DNA from: Sphingobacteriales bacterium
Lineage (GTDB): Bacteria > Bacteroidota > Bacteroidia > Chitinophagales > Chitinophagaceae
NCBI GenBank assembly: GCA_003963365.1
Contig: RXJG01000004.1
Location: 691,842-755,841, forward strand
Direction of reading: 5' to 3'
DNA length: 64,000 bases
Shown here in pieces: positions 19,428-28,966 of this stretch. The notes below the pieces were generated by a model. That model worked only from the letters and a program-made list of their open reading frames with translations, ran no database searches and was not told where the DNA came from. The position numbers were made by a program, and so were the translations under genes. Within the stretch, counting starts at the first letter, position 1. Every line of letters begins with the position of its first letter.

Positions 19428-20432
19428 ATGGAAAAGAAGCAGCAGATAGTAATGAGTGGTATCAGGCCCACGGGTTTCCTGCACTTAGGAAATTATTTTG
19501 GGGCATTGCGTAATTATGTAAAAATGCAGGAAGAGTATGAATGCTATTTTATGGTGGCCGATCTGCATTCTTTAACTACTCATCCTGACACAAAAGAATT
19601 AAAACAAAATGTGCACCGGGTATTGGCAGAAAATATTGCCAGCGGAATTGACCCCGATAAAGCAGCCTTGTATTGCCAGAGCCATGTACATGAAACATCA
19701 GAATTGTATTTGTATTTAAATATGCTGGCGTATAAAGGTGAACTGGAAAAAACCACCACCTTTAAAGACAAAGTAAGACAGCAGCCCGATAATGTAAATG
19801 CCGGTTTGCTCACCTATCCTGTATTGCAGGCGGCTGATATTATTTTGCACCGGGCAACATTTGTTCCGGTGGGTAAAGACCAGGAGCAGCATTTGGAAAT
19901 GGCCCGTAATTTCGCAAACCGTTTCAATCACCGTTATGGTGATGTTTTCCCTGAACCTTTTGCGTTTAATTATGGAAGTGAACTGATAAAAGTTCCCAGC
20001 CTGGATGGTACAGGTAAAATGAGTAAAAGTGAAAACCAGAACGCCACCCTTTATTTAGCAGATGAAGATGAAGTAATACGAAAAAAAGTGATGAAAGCAA
20101 AAACAGATGCCGGCCCCACAGCACCATATTCTCAAAAACCTGATTATATTGAAAACCTTTTTCTGCTGATGAAACTGGTAAGTGCAGCAGATGTGATTGC
20201 TAAGTATGAAAATGATTATAATACCTGTGTTATCCGTTATGGAGATATGAAGAAGCAGTTAGGGGAGGATATGGTAAAATTCATTTCACCCATCAGGGAA
20301 AAAGTAAATGGTATTCTAAAAGATGAAAAATACCTGAAGGAAGTAATGGAGAAAGGTGCCGAGAAAGCCCGTAAGAGTGCAAAAGCTACTATGGAATTAG
20401 TAAGGCAGGCAATGGGCTTAAAATATTTGTGA
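19428..20432 (+). CDS. trpS: tryptophan--tRNA ligase
   Basis: HIGH-like FLHLGNYFGA and KMSKS motifs. Confidence 0.95.
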   Translation: MEKKQQIVMSGIRPTGFLHLGNYFGALRNYVKMQEEYECYFMVADLHSLTTHPDTKELKQNVHRVLAENIASGIDPDKAALYCQSHVHETSELYLYLNMLAYKGELEKTTTFKDKVRQQPDNVNAGLLTYPVLQAADIILHRATFVPVGKDQEQHLEMARNFANRFNHRYGDVFPEPFAFNYGSELIKVPSLDGTGKMSKSENQNATLYLADEDEVIRKKVMKAKTDAGPTAPYSQKPDYIENLFLLMKLVSAADVIAKYENDYNTCVIRYGDMKKQLGEDMVKFISPIREKVNGILKDEKYLKEVMEKGAEKARKSAKATMELVRQAMGLKYL

Positions 20433-20458
20433 TTTTAGATTTCAGATTACAGAATTTA
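20431..20458 (+). repeat. heptad array GATTTTA GATTTCA GATTACA GAATTTA
   Basis: Four 7-nt units that start inside the trpS stop codon. Confidence 0.8.
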
Positions 20459-20484
20459 TTTACTTTAGATATTCCGCTGGTTGC

Positions 20485-20519
20485 AAATCCGCAATCCATA
20501 ACCGGAAATCCGCAAAAGA
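20485..20519 (+). repeat. heptad array AAATCCG CAATCCA TAACCGG AAATCCG CAAAAGA
   Basis: Five 7-nt units ending 3 nt before the next start codon. Confidence 0.75.
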
Positions 20520-20522
20520 AAC

Positions 20523-21158
20523 ATGGCAAAATCAAAAAAACCAAAACACATCGCTGTGGCCGGAAATATCGGTGCCGGTAAAACCACATTAACGAAGATG
20601 CTGAGTAAGCATTACAAATGGATACCGCAGTTTGAAGATGTGGATCATAATCCCTACCTCAACGATTTTTATGAGGATATGCCCCGCTGGAGTTTTAACC
20701 TGCAGATTTTCTTTTTGAACAGCCGCTTAAATCAACTGCTCGAAATTCAAAGAGGTACTGAAACCGTAATACAGGACAGAACCATTTATGAAGATGCCAA
20801 CATCTTTGCTCCCAACCTGCATGATATGGGTTTGATGAGCAAAAGAGATTTTGATAACTATTATCTTTTCTTCAACACATTAAAATCAATGGTGCAACCA
20901 CCGGACTTGCTCATTTATTTACAGGCTTCCGTTCCCACGTTGGTTGACCAGATCCAGAAAAGGGGAAGACAGTACGAAGAAAACATCCGCCTCGATTATC
21001 TGAAAAAGCTGAATGATTATTACAACAAATGGATTGATAATTACAAAGAAGGTTCTTTGCTGGTGATTGATGTGGACAAGAATAAGTTTGCAGAGAAAGA
21101 AGAACATTTTGGTGATATCATTCAGAAAGTTGACTCGCAGTTATACGGTTTGTTTTAA
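20523..21158 (+). CDS. deoxynucleoside kinase
   Basis: P-loop IAVAGNIGAGKTTL and dNK-family length. Confidence 0.85.
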   Translation: MAKSKKPKHIAVAGNIGAGKTTLTKMLSKHYKWIPQFEDVDHNPYLNDFYEDMPRWSFNLQIFFLNSRLNQLLEIQRGTETVIQDRTIYEDANIFAPNLHDMGLMSKRDFDNYYLFFNTLKSMVQPPDLLIYLQASVPTLVDQIQKRGRQYEENIRLDYLKKLNDYYNKWIDNYKEGSLLVIDVDKNKFAEKEEHFGDIIQKVDSQLYGLF

Positions 21159-21164
21159 TTTTCC

Positions 21165-22640
21165 ATGGTGAAATTTATAAATGGGATACTCAATAGCAGA
21201 TGGCATTTTATCTGGCTGATCCTTTTTTTCATTCTGCATGGCTATGCCGGTTATATTGGTTTACTTTCTTTTACTGATTTACTGATTTTATTTGCTGAGT
21301 ATTGCCTGTTAGCAGCAATTATTTATTTTATAAGTAAACGATTCTTTAAAGAAGCACTCAATGCTGCAGTCTATACTTCGCTGTTCATGCTGGTGTTTTT
21401 GTTTTTTGAAGACCTGCGCATTTTTACTGCTAAATGGAAATGGATTGCACCGGTTTCAGCATTGAAATTTTTTTTTCCGTTAAGTGTAATGGTACTGGTT
21501 GCAGGCTTTTTCTTTTTTAAAAGGATAAGTACAACGTTAAAAAAAATCACCAACTTCCTAAATATTATTTTCCTTGTTTATTTATTTATAGATGGCGCCG
21601 GTATAATGTTCAAATTAATATCATCAGATATTAAAAAGAATAAAGAAAATACTGCAGTAAGCAGTGATACCCGTGTAAAACCACCTGTTTATTTCATTTT
21701 GCTGGATGAATATCTTGGATCAAAGGGATTGAAAGAATATTTTAATTATGATAACAGCTGGTTTGAAAATAAGCTGATGCAAAATGGATTTTCAGTTATT
21801 ACGAATACTAAAAGCAATTATCATTACACCGTCTTTTCAATGGCTTCCATTTTAAATATGGATTACATAAAAGATATGGGAGAGCAAACAGTTTACAATC
21901 AGTATGGTTATTATAAAGCAACACTCGGAATAAGACAAAACGAAGTATGTAAGATTTTTGAAAAGCAGGGATATGAAATTGTAAACTATTCCGATTTTGA
22001 TATTGAAGCTCATCCGGCAGGGCAGGGTTATCATTTGCTTCCATCAGGCCGGGCATTGATCAGTAACAGAACAATGTATTACCAGGTGAAAAAGAACCTG
22101 CCTTATTTTCTTGCCCGTTATGCAAAGTTCACCGGTATGGCGAATGATTTGGCAGAACGGTCCATAGAAATTAATGAGCAGCGGTTGAATAAAACTTTGG
22201 AAGCAGCTAAACCGGTTTTACAGAAACCATCCTTTACTTATTTGCATTTAAATATGCCGCATGTACCATATGCTTTTGACAGCAGCGGGAATAATGTATT
22301 GCAACAATGGGTTGGCAAATTAACACAGAAGCAAAAAGATGAGATGTATTTGCAGTATCTCATTTACACGAATAAAAAGATTGCCGGCTTTATTGATTCC
22401 TTGCAGGCAAAAACAAATCATAAAGCGGTTATCATTCTAATGAGTGATCATGGTTACCGGGAAGCTTTACATAAAACCCTGGCATTGGCACACGAAAACT
22501 TTTTTGCTATTTATCAGCCGCAACCAAACGGAGCTTTTCAAAAAGATTCTATTACATCCGTAAATACTTTCCGTATTTTATTGAGCAATCTTTTCAATGA
22601 AAATTTACCATTGGTAAAAGACTCATTGGTGCTTAAATAA
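21165..22640 (+). CDS. membrane-bound sulfatase-like / LTA-synthase-family transferase
   Basis: About 5 N-terminal TM helices. The C-terminal alkaline-phosphatase-superfamily part carries LHLNMPHVPY and MSDHGY. Confidence 0.6.
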   Translation: MVKFINGILNSRWHFIWLILFFILHGYAGYIGLLSFTDLLILFAEYCLLAAIIYFISKRFFKEALNAAVYTSLFMLVFLFFEDLRIFTAKWKWIAPVSALKFFFPLSVMVLVAGFFFFKRISTTLKKITNFLNIIFLVYLFIDGAGIMFKLISSDIKKNKENTAVSSDTRVKPPVYFILLDEYLGSKGLKEYFNYDNSWFENKLMQNGFSVITNTKSNYHYTVFSMASILNMDYIKDMGEQTVYNQYGYYKATLGIRQNEVCKIFEKQGYEIVNYSDFDIEAHPAGQGYHLLPSGRALISNRTMYYQVKKNLPYFLARYAKFTGMANDLAERSIEINEQRLNKTLEAAKPVLQKPSFTYLHLNMPHVPYAFDSSGNNVLQQWVGKLTQKQKDEMYLQYLIYTNKKIAGFIDSLQAKTNHKAVIILMSDHGYREALHKTLALAHENFFAIYQPQPNGAFQKDSITSVNTFRILLSNLFNENLPLVKDSLVLK

Positions 22641-22666
22641 AAAGGCTGTGCACCTGCACAGCCTTT
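22641..22666. terminator. bidirectional terminator
   Basis: A 12-bp stem AAAGGCTGTGCA/TGCACAGCCTTT lies between convergent genes. Confidence 0.7.
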
Positions 22667-22685
22667 ACTATCGATTTCAATTTGA

Positions 22686-25235
22686 TTATTTAGGATTTAA
22701 TGTTTTGTCAATCCGGTCGGCCACATCCTGTAAATGATAACGGGTGAGTTTATCACTGGTAGCCGGAATAGCAGCCCGAATGTCAGTTAATAAGCTGCGC
22801 AATGTTCCTTTGGCTACAGATATGATATCTGTCTTTTTATTATCTACCGTTGGTCCAAATGATATTACAATAGAAATTCCACCGGTACCGCTGGCATTGT
22901 TGGATGGGTTTATGAGGCTGATCATTCTTTCCACAAATGATTTTTGTACAAATCTCCGGTAAGCATCAGTTGGTTTTTTGGTAACCAGTTCGCTCCACAC
23001 AGATTTCTTTAAATCATCCACAAATTCATCAATGCGGTAGGCATTTACATTATCACGGTTATATTCAGCCGTCATTCTTCCCAGCCTTGTGGTGCTTAAT
23101 AAACTTCCCATCACATTATCCTGTATACTGTTGATGCGATCCATTTGCGGAGTGGAAATTTTATCAAGAATATTTTTATTCAATAACCAGTAAGGTGTTT
23201 CAAATAAATTCTTACTTAAAAAATTCAAGGCTTCTTTTTGCAGTGCTTTAGGAACAACGGTATAAACATTGCCCGGCTGTTCTGTTGTTTTATAATCCGT
23301 ATAAATTCCACCAACATAGGTAACTGCATGGAACATATAACGGTTGTATTGTCCCACTACTTCATTATATACATCGGCCAGGTTGTCAAAGTTCTCGCCT
23401 TTCTCGTTTAACCAGTCGGGTAATTGAGGTATAATCCATTTTAAATTCTTCAGTCCGTATTCATTTGCCTTCATGTTATTATCACCTAAACACTCCGTTT
23501 GTGCTCTTGGATCAACTCCATCATAATGTAAGAAACGAAGCCTGGGATTTTTTACTTTCTCTTTTGTCCATTCATTTAAAATTGCTTTCTCCTGTTCTTC
23601 GGTTTTATCTAATACTGGTTTATAACCCCATTCAATTGACCAGTAATCATAGTCTCCAATTCTCATTAATAAACCGTCTCTGCTTATTTTATCTTCTGGT
23701 TGTGCTACATAATTAAAACGGGCATAATCCATAATAGAAGGGGTGTGGCCATTTGTTTCCACCCATGCTTTATCCCTCAATTTTTCAACAGGTACCGAAG
23801 CAGATGCTCCCATATTATGTGGCAGGCCAAGTGTATGTCCTACCTCATGTGAAGAAACGAGGCGGATCAATTGTCCCATTAGTTCATCGTCAAACTGTGC
23901 TTTACGGGCTGCCGGATCACTGGGGGATGCCTGAATAAGATACCAGTCACGAAGTAACCGCATTACATTGTGATACCAGTTGATATGACTTTCTAAAATT
24001 TCTCCTGTACGTGGGTCGTGCACATGCGGCCCCGAAGCATTTGCCACCGTAGAAGGTTTATAAACAATGGCTGAGTAGCGGGCATCTTCCAGGCTCCAGG
24101 TACTATCTTCTTCCTTGGTTGGGGCTTCTTTTGCCATGATAGCATTTTTAAACCCGGCTTTTTCAAAAGCCTTTTGCCAGTCATTAACCCCCTGTATCAG
24201 ATAAGGTACCCATTTTTTAGGCGTAGTGGGATCTATGTAGTAAACAATTGGTTTTATTGGTTCAACCAGTTCGCCTCTTTTAAATTTGGCGGTGTCTTCG
24301 GGTTTAATTTCCAGTCTCCAGCGGGTGATTAAGCTGATGTCTTTTACGCCTTGCGGATCCGCATCAAAATCAGTAAACTCTGTGGTAAAATATGCCACCC
24401 GGTCGTCATAATAACGGGAATGCATAAGATTCTTTGGTAATAAAATTATCGAGCTGTTCAATTCAAACGTAGCATTACCGGATGGTGGAATAAAGAATGT
24501 TCCCGGCACAGTGGGGCCTGAACTTTTTGAGTACGTCTTAACTGTTTTAATTTCTGTATTCATCGGGTAAGACTTTACATCCAGTATATAAGATTTATCT
24601 GATTGTAATGACCCAATACGAAGAAACGGTTTAAAAAAACCTTCAAAAAATAGTATATCATTATCGCTGTTTATATAATCTGTAAAGTCAATAACAGAGC
24701 CGGTACTGTCTTTTGAAAACGCTTTAATATCAAAGGCAGCCGAAATAGGCTGTACACTGCTCCGCATTACAGACTTGTACATTGGTTTGGTAGAATCCTT
24801 TGCGTAAACCGAATAAGAAATAGTGCGAATGAAGATTTTATTATTAGGCCCTTTTTCAAAACGAATTACATTCTCACCAATTTCGTCACCGGCATAACCA
24901 ATAAATCCACTTTGTAAATCAACCGGGGCTTTGGCAATGCGGTTTACCACCAGGAAATCTCTTCCCAGCAGCGAATCACCAATCTCAAAATACCATTTGT
25001 CTTCCACCTTATGCACGGTAAGCAAGCCAGACCTGCTTTGGGCTTTTTCGGTAATTACTTCTTTGTATGGCTTTGGTCCTGGTTTTGTAGAGCCGCCACC
25101 GTTGGTTGTTGGGGTGGTTCCGGTACCATTGGTTGGGGGTGTTACCGGTTTTGGCTGAGCCGAAATCGATTGCGATAAAAATAACAGCGGCATAAGCAGC
25201 AAACCAGCTGCCTGCCATGTAAACAGTTTTCTCAT
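22686..25235 (-). CDS. secreted zinc metalloprotease (DUF5117/DUF4953-type)
   Basis: HEVGHTLGLPHN zinc motif and a signal peptide after MRKLFTWQAAG. I prefer the start at 25235. Confidence 0.8.
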   Translation of the reverse strand: MRKLFTWQAAGLLLMPLLFLSQSISAQPKPVTPPTNGTGTTPTTNGGGSTKPGPKPYKEVITEKAQSRSGLLTVHKVEDKWYFEIGDSLLGRDFLVVNRIAKAPVDLQSGFIGYAGDEIGENVIRFEKGPNNKIFIRTISYSVYAKDSTKPMYKSVMRSSVQPISAAFDIKAFSKDSTGSVIDFTDYINSDNDILFFEGFFKPFLRIGSLQSDKSYILDVKSYPMNTEIKTVKTYSKSSGPTVPGTFFIPPSGNATFELNSSIILLPKNLMHSRYYDDRVAYFTTEFTDFDADPQGVKDISLITRWRLEIKPEDTAKFKRGELVEPIKPIVYYIDPTTPKKWVPYLIQGVNDWQKAFEKAGFKNAIMAKEAPTKEEDSTWSLEDARYSAIVYKPSTVANASGPHVHDPRTGEILESHINWYHNVMRLLRDWYLIQASPSDPAARKAQFDDELMGQLIRLVSSHEVGHTLGLPHNMGASASVPVEKLRDKAWVETNGHTPSIMDYARFNYVAQPEDKISRDGLLMRIGDYDYWSIEWGYKPVLDKTEEQEKAILNEWTKEKVKNPRLRFLHYDGVDPRAQTECLGDNNMKANEYGLKNLKWIIPQLPDWLNEKGENFDNLADVYNEVVGQYNRYMFHAVTYVGGIYTDYKTTEQPGNVYTVVPKALQKEALNFLSKNLFETPYWLLNKNILDKISTPQMDRINSIQDNVMGSLLSTTRLGRMTAEYNRDNVNAYRIDEFVDDLKKSVWSELVTKKPTDAYRRFVQKSFVERMISLINPSNNASGTGGISIVISFGPTVDNKKTDIISVAKGTLRSLLTDIRAAIPATSDKLTRYHLQDVADRIDKTLNPK

Positions 25236-25534
25236 TTGTTCTTTTTTGTTCAATAAAATAGAAGGGGAAATTACAGGAATTACATATATAAATGAAACCG
25301 TTTGTAAAAGAAACAAACGGGTGTTGGCTCAATAAAATCGGATAAACAAAACAAGTGTAAAAAAACTTTTTATGGAAATTGCTGCTTTCAATTATTTTCC
25401 TAACTTGTGCCACTCACCTGCTAATGGGTATGGATGGATTGCTTGGTTAAAAAACATAATTAAGGTATACCATTCATTGTAAAATTATTTTTTAAAAAAC
25501 AATTTGTATTCGCAAACATTAAAAACAGAAAATC

Positions 25535-26386
25535 ATGGCTGAATCTAAACCAACTGCAAAAAGTGGAACGTCTGTTCAACCAAAGAAATCAGGAAACATT
25601 ATTAGTATCATTGCTCCTATTGTATGTATTATTTCGGGGTATTTAATCTGGCGTTTTTATCTGGGAGCCCCTTCACATTTCTCTAAGCCTGATCCTGAAG
25701 GTGGATTCTGGCCTGATCACCATGATCCGCACGGAGCACTTTACAGAATGTATGAAGGTGGTATCCTCGTACCAGTTTTGATTGGTTTATTCCTCATGGT
25801 ACTGGTATTCTCTATCGAAAGATTTATCACCATTGCTAAAGCAACAGGCGCCGGCTCTGTTAGTGATTTTGTTCGTAAAGTACAATATCACTTAGCTAAT
25901 AGAAACGTTGATGCTGCGCTGGCAGAATGTGATAAGCAAAAAGGTTCTGTAGGAAATGTAATGAAGGCTGGTCTTCGTCGCTATAAAGAAATGATTGAGG
26001 ACAAAGAACTTTCTACAGATCAAAAAGTACTGGCTATACAGAAAGAAGTAGAAGAAGCTACCGCTTTGGAACTGCCAATGCTGGAAAAGAACCTGGTATT
26101 TTTATCTACCATCACTTCACTGGCAACCCTCGTGGCACTGTTAGGTACGGTAATGGGTATGATTAAATCATTTGCTGCCCTGGGTGCTGAAGGTGGTTCT
26201 GGTGCTGCTGCTTCACTGGCTGTTGGTATCTCCGAGGCCCTTTACAATACTGCTACCGGTATCGCTACCTCAGCGTTCGCACTGGTTATGTATAATATCT
26301 TTACTACTAAGATTGATGCCATCACTTATGGTATTGATGAATCTGGCTTTACCTTAACTCAAAGTTTCGCATCGTTATACAAATAA
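25535..26386 (+). CDS. exbB: MotA/TolQ/ExbB proton-channel protein
   Basis: 283 aa with three TM segments and a position at the head of the exbD-exbD-tonB cluster. Confidence 0.8.
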   Translation: MAESKPTAKSGTSVQPKKSGNIISIIAPIVCIISGYLIWRFYLGAPSHFSKPDPEGGFWPDHHDPHGALYRMYEGGILVPVLIGLFLMVLVFSIERFITIAKATGAGSVSDFVRKVQYHLANRNVDAALAECDKQKGSVGNVMKAGLRRYKEMIEDKELSTDQKVLAIQKEVEEATALELPMLEKNLVFLSTITSLATLVALLGTVMGMIKSFAALGAEGGSGAAASLAVGISEALYNTATGIATSAFALVMYNIFTTKIDAITYGIDESGFTLTQSFASLYK

Positions 26387-26454
26387 TAAGCTTTGGCTGG
26401 CTTATGGAAATAAGCCGTATTTGTATCTAATTATTAATTTTTAAAAATTAAACG

Positions 26455-27120
26455 ATGCCTAAAGTTAAGATTCCCCGAAAGAGTACACACGTTGATATGA
26501 CGGCGTTTTGTGACGTGGCATTCTTGCTTTTGTCGTTCTTCATGCTGGCTACACAATTTAAGCCGGATGAAGCTACTAAAGTGGAAACGCCAAAGTCAGT
26601 ATCATCTGATACTATCCCAACCAAGGACGCTTTTTTAGTAACATTTGATAAAGGGGGACGGGTTTTTATTACTTATGATGATGCAGAAAAGAAAAAAGCA
26701 TTGCTGGGTAAAATTAACGCAGACAAAGCTGTGGGATTGACCGATCAGGAAATTGCAAAGCTGAACAAAGCTATGGAAGCCGGAATTGGTGTTCCTTTCA
26801 ATATGCTCAAAAGCCTTGCCAGCAAAGAAATAGCTGAGATACCCAAGGTTAACCAACCGGGTATCCCGGTAACCGATACTCTTAACAATGAGTTGAAGCT
26901 TTGGATAGCTGAATTGCTGGCGGTTAATGGTGGTACCAAGCCCAAGAATGTTATGCTGAAAGGTGATAACGGCACTAATTACCCAACTTTCATCAACGTA
27001 CTGGATGCGTTCACTAAAAATGGTATTTATAATTTTAAATTAATTACCATGCCAGAGAATGTGCCCGGCGGTACTTATTTATATGATGAAAGAACAAGCG
27101 GTAAAAAAGATAAAAAATAA
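26455..27120 (+). CDS. exbD: ExbD/TolR biopolymer transport protein
   Basis: N-terminal VDMTAFCDVAFLLLSFFML anchor. Confidence 0.8.
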   Translation: MPKVKIPRKSTHVDMTAFCDVAFLLLSFFMLATQFKPDEATKVETPKSVSSDTIPTKDAFLVTFDKGGRVFITYDDAEKKKALLGKINADKAVGLTDQEIAKLNKAMEAGIGVPFNMLKSLASKEIAEIPKVNQPGIPVTDTLNNELKLWIAELLAVNGGTKPKNVMLKGDNGTNYPTFINVLDAFTKNGIYNFKLITMPENVPGGTYLYDERTSGKKDKK

Positions 27121-27148
27121 ATTAAATAACTTTTAAAACCATTTAGCT

Positions 27149-27715
27149 ATGGCTGATATAGAAAGCGGTGGAGGTGGGGGTCATAAAAAAGGACCCGGCG
27201 TTAAGAAAAGTAAAAAACTTTCTACCAGGGTTGACCTTACGCCAATGGTTGACTTGGGGTTCTTATTGATCACCTTCTTCATTTTTACCACCACCATGAG
27301 TTCGCCCACAGCGATGAAACTCAATATGCCTGATGATACAGCTAAAGATGACGAAAAAAACAAGGCGAAAGAATCAGGTGCATTAACCATTCTGCTTGGT
27401 AAAAATGACCAGGTTTTTTATTACGAGGGTAAATTAGCTGAAGATGGCTCTAATTTTAAAAGAGCAATTTTTGGAAGAACCCAGGGTGAAAAAACTGGTA
27501 TCAGGGATGTAATAATTGACAAGAAGAAAAAATTGGGAGAAAATGCTGATAAAGATATGGTGGTAGTTATAAAACCCAATGATGAGTCAACATTCAAAAA
27601 CACCGTTGACATCCTTGATGAAATGACTATTAACGGAGTTAAAAAATATGCGTTGGTAAAAATTTCCGATCCTGAAAACCAGGTGGTTAAAATTTCAGAA
27701 CAAGGAGTTAAATAA
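27149..27715 (+). CDS. exbD: ExbD/TolR biopolymer transport protein (second copy)
   Basis: LTPMVDLGFLLITFFIF anchor. Confidence 0.8.
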   Translation: MADIESGGGGGHKKGPGVKKSKKLSTRVDLTPMVDLGFLLITFFIFTTTMSSPTAMKLNMPDDTAKDDEKNKAKESGALTILLGKNDQVFYYEGKLAEDGSNFKRAIFGRTQGEKTGIRDVIIDKKKKLGENADKDMVVVIKPNDESTFKNTVDILDEMTINGVKKYALVKISDPENQVVKISEQGVK

Positions 27716-27765
27716 AACCTTTATGGAATTTATATTCAACTGCATCTCTATAAAAAATTAACCAG

Positions 27766-28596
27766 ATGGAAGTAAATAAAATACTAAGTTCAGATTTGCT
27801 GGATATTCTCTTTGACGAAAGAAACAAGGAATATGGAGCTTATGAACTGCGCAGACAATACAACAGACGCCTTGGTATGGCGCTGCTCATTACTGCTATT
27901 GCGGGTGCTATTATTGTTGTTGGCTCAGTATTAGCTAAAAATATCGGGTCAAATAAAAAGAAAAATACAGTAATTGTAGAAGATGTAAGTCTTCAGAAAG
28001 TGCAGCAGGAAGAGCAGCAAAAAGTGGAGCCACCTCCACCGCCACCCCCAAAACAGGATCCACCAAAGATTGAAATTACTAAGTTTACGCCTCCTAAAAT
28101 TGTAGAAGACCAGGAAGTAAAAAAAGAAGACGAAGTAAAGCAACAGGATGAACTTAAAGATGCCAATATTGGTAAAATAGACCAGGAAGGTATTAAATCT
28201 GATGTGGTGAACCCTCCTAAAGTTGAAGAAGCAACACAGGTAGTGCAAGCACCGGTAGAAGATGATAATACCATTTTTACTAAGGTGGAAATTGAAGCGG
28301 GTTTTCCTGGTGGTGATGGGGCATGGAAAAAATTTCTTGAAAGAAACCTCAATGGCCAGGTGCCCAGTGATAACGGTGCCCCCGAAGGAACTTACCGTGT
28401 ACTGGTACAATTTGTAGTGGATAAAGAAGGTAATGTGAGTGATGTAAAAGCGCTAAGCAATTATGGTTATGGTATGGAAGAGGAAGCAGTGAAAGCCATT
28501 AAGAAAGGTCCTAAATGGACTCCGGCTGAACAAAACGGCCGTAAAGTAAAAGCGTACCGTACACAGCCAATCGTATTCCAGGTAACCAGCGAATAA
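27766..28596 (+). CDS. tonB: energy transducer TonB
   Basis: TM anchor, Pro/Lys/Glu-rich spacer (PPPPPPKQDPPK) and the C-terminal TonB domain FPGGDGAWKKFLERNL. Confidence 0.8.
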   Translation: MEVNKILSSDLLDILFDERNKEYGAYELRRQYNRRLGMALLITAIAGAIIVVGSVLAKNIGSNKKKNTVIVEDVSLQKVQQEEQQKVEPPPPPPPKQDPPKIEITKFTPPKIVEDQEVKKEDEVKQQDELKDANIGKIDQEGIKSDVVNPPKVEEATQVVQAPVEDDNTIFTKVEIEAGFPGGDGAWKKFLERNLNGQVPSDNGAPEGTYRVLVQFVVDKEGNVSDVKALSNYGYGMEEEAVKAIKKGPKWTPAEQNGRKVKAYRTQPIVFQVTSE

Positions 28597-28620
28597 GCAT
28601 AATTAAAATTCATTTTATAA

Positions 28621-28647
28621 AACCCTCTTGCATAAGGGGGTTTTTTG
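28621..28647 (+). terminator. intrinsic terminator after tonB
   Basis: Stem AACCCTCTT/AAGGGGGTT followed by a T-run. Confidence 0.7.
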
Positions 28648-28701
28648 TTGTTATTAACTGGTTGGTCAAATGCTAACAAACGTATTTAAAACAAAAAAGT
28701 T

Positions 28702-28736
28702 TTTGCATTCATTTAAACTTCTAGTTTATATCTTTG
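28702..28736 (+). promoter_or_regulatory. candidate Bacteroidota sigma-A promoter of the arg operon
   Basis: TTTG at 28702-28705 and TATCTTTG (TAnnTTTG) at 28729-28736. The 23-nt spacer is slightly long. Confidence 0.3.
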
Positions 28737-28860
28737 CGCTTTATTTATTAAACACTCAACTGAAATTGAAAAGAAATTCAGCAAATATCAACAACGTTAA
28801 TGCACACAGTTTGTGTGGTTATGTATTGATTAGTGTTTCCTCTCCTCAGCCGCGACGTGG

Positions 28861-28904
28861 ATTCTGACAGGACGAGCCCTTTACCATGGCCCCTGTCAGT
28901 GAAT
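28861..28904 (+). other. hairpin in the roughly 225-nt arg leader
   Basis: Stem CTGACAGG/CCTGTCAG, extended by ATTC/GAAT across a 2-nt bulge. No U-tract follows. Confidence 0.45.
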
Positions 28905-28966
28905 GTTTCCCCAACAAATTCTAAACGGACTGGTAATCCAATTTTCATCCAATTTTTTAGTTAAAA

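Noticed and set aside
27949-28410. Two minus-strand ORFs of 153 and 119 aa lie inside tonB.
   Set aside because: They are antisense to the Pro/Lys/Glu-rich TonB spacer. Their translations are low-complexity artefacts such as GGGGGG and WRWRW.
28670-28867. The 65-aa track ORF in the tonB-arg spacer was considered as a real gene or as an Arg leader peptide.
   Set aside because: Its only ATG lies upstream of the best promoter candidate and right at the tonB terminator, and its composition is not gene-like. Only the terminal ...PRRGF-stop feature is kept, as a speculative note in the arg-leader finding.
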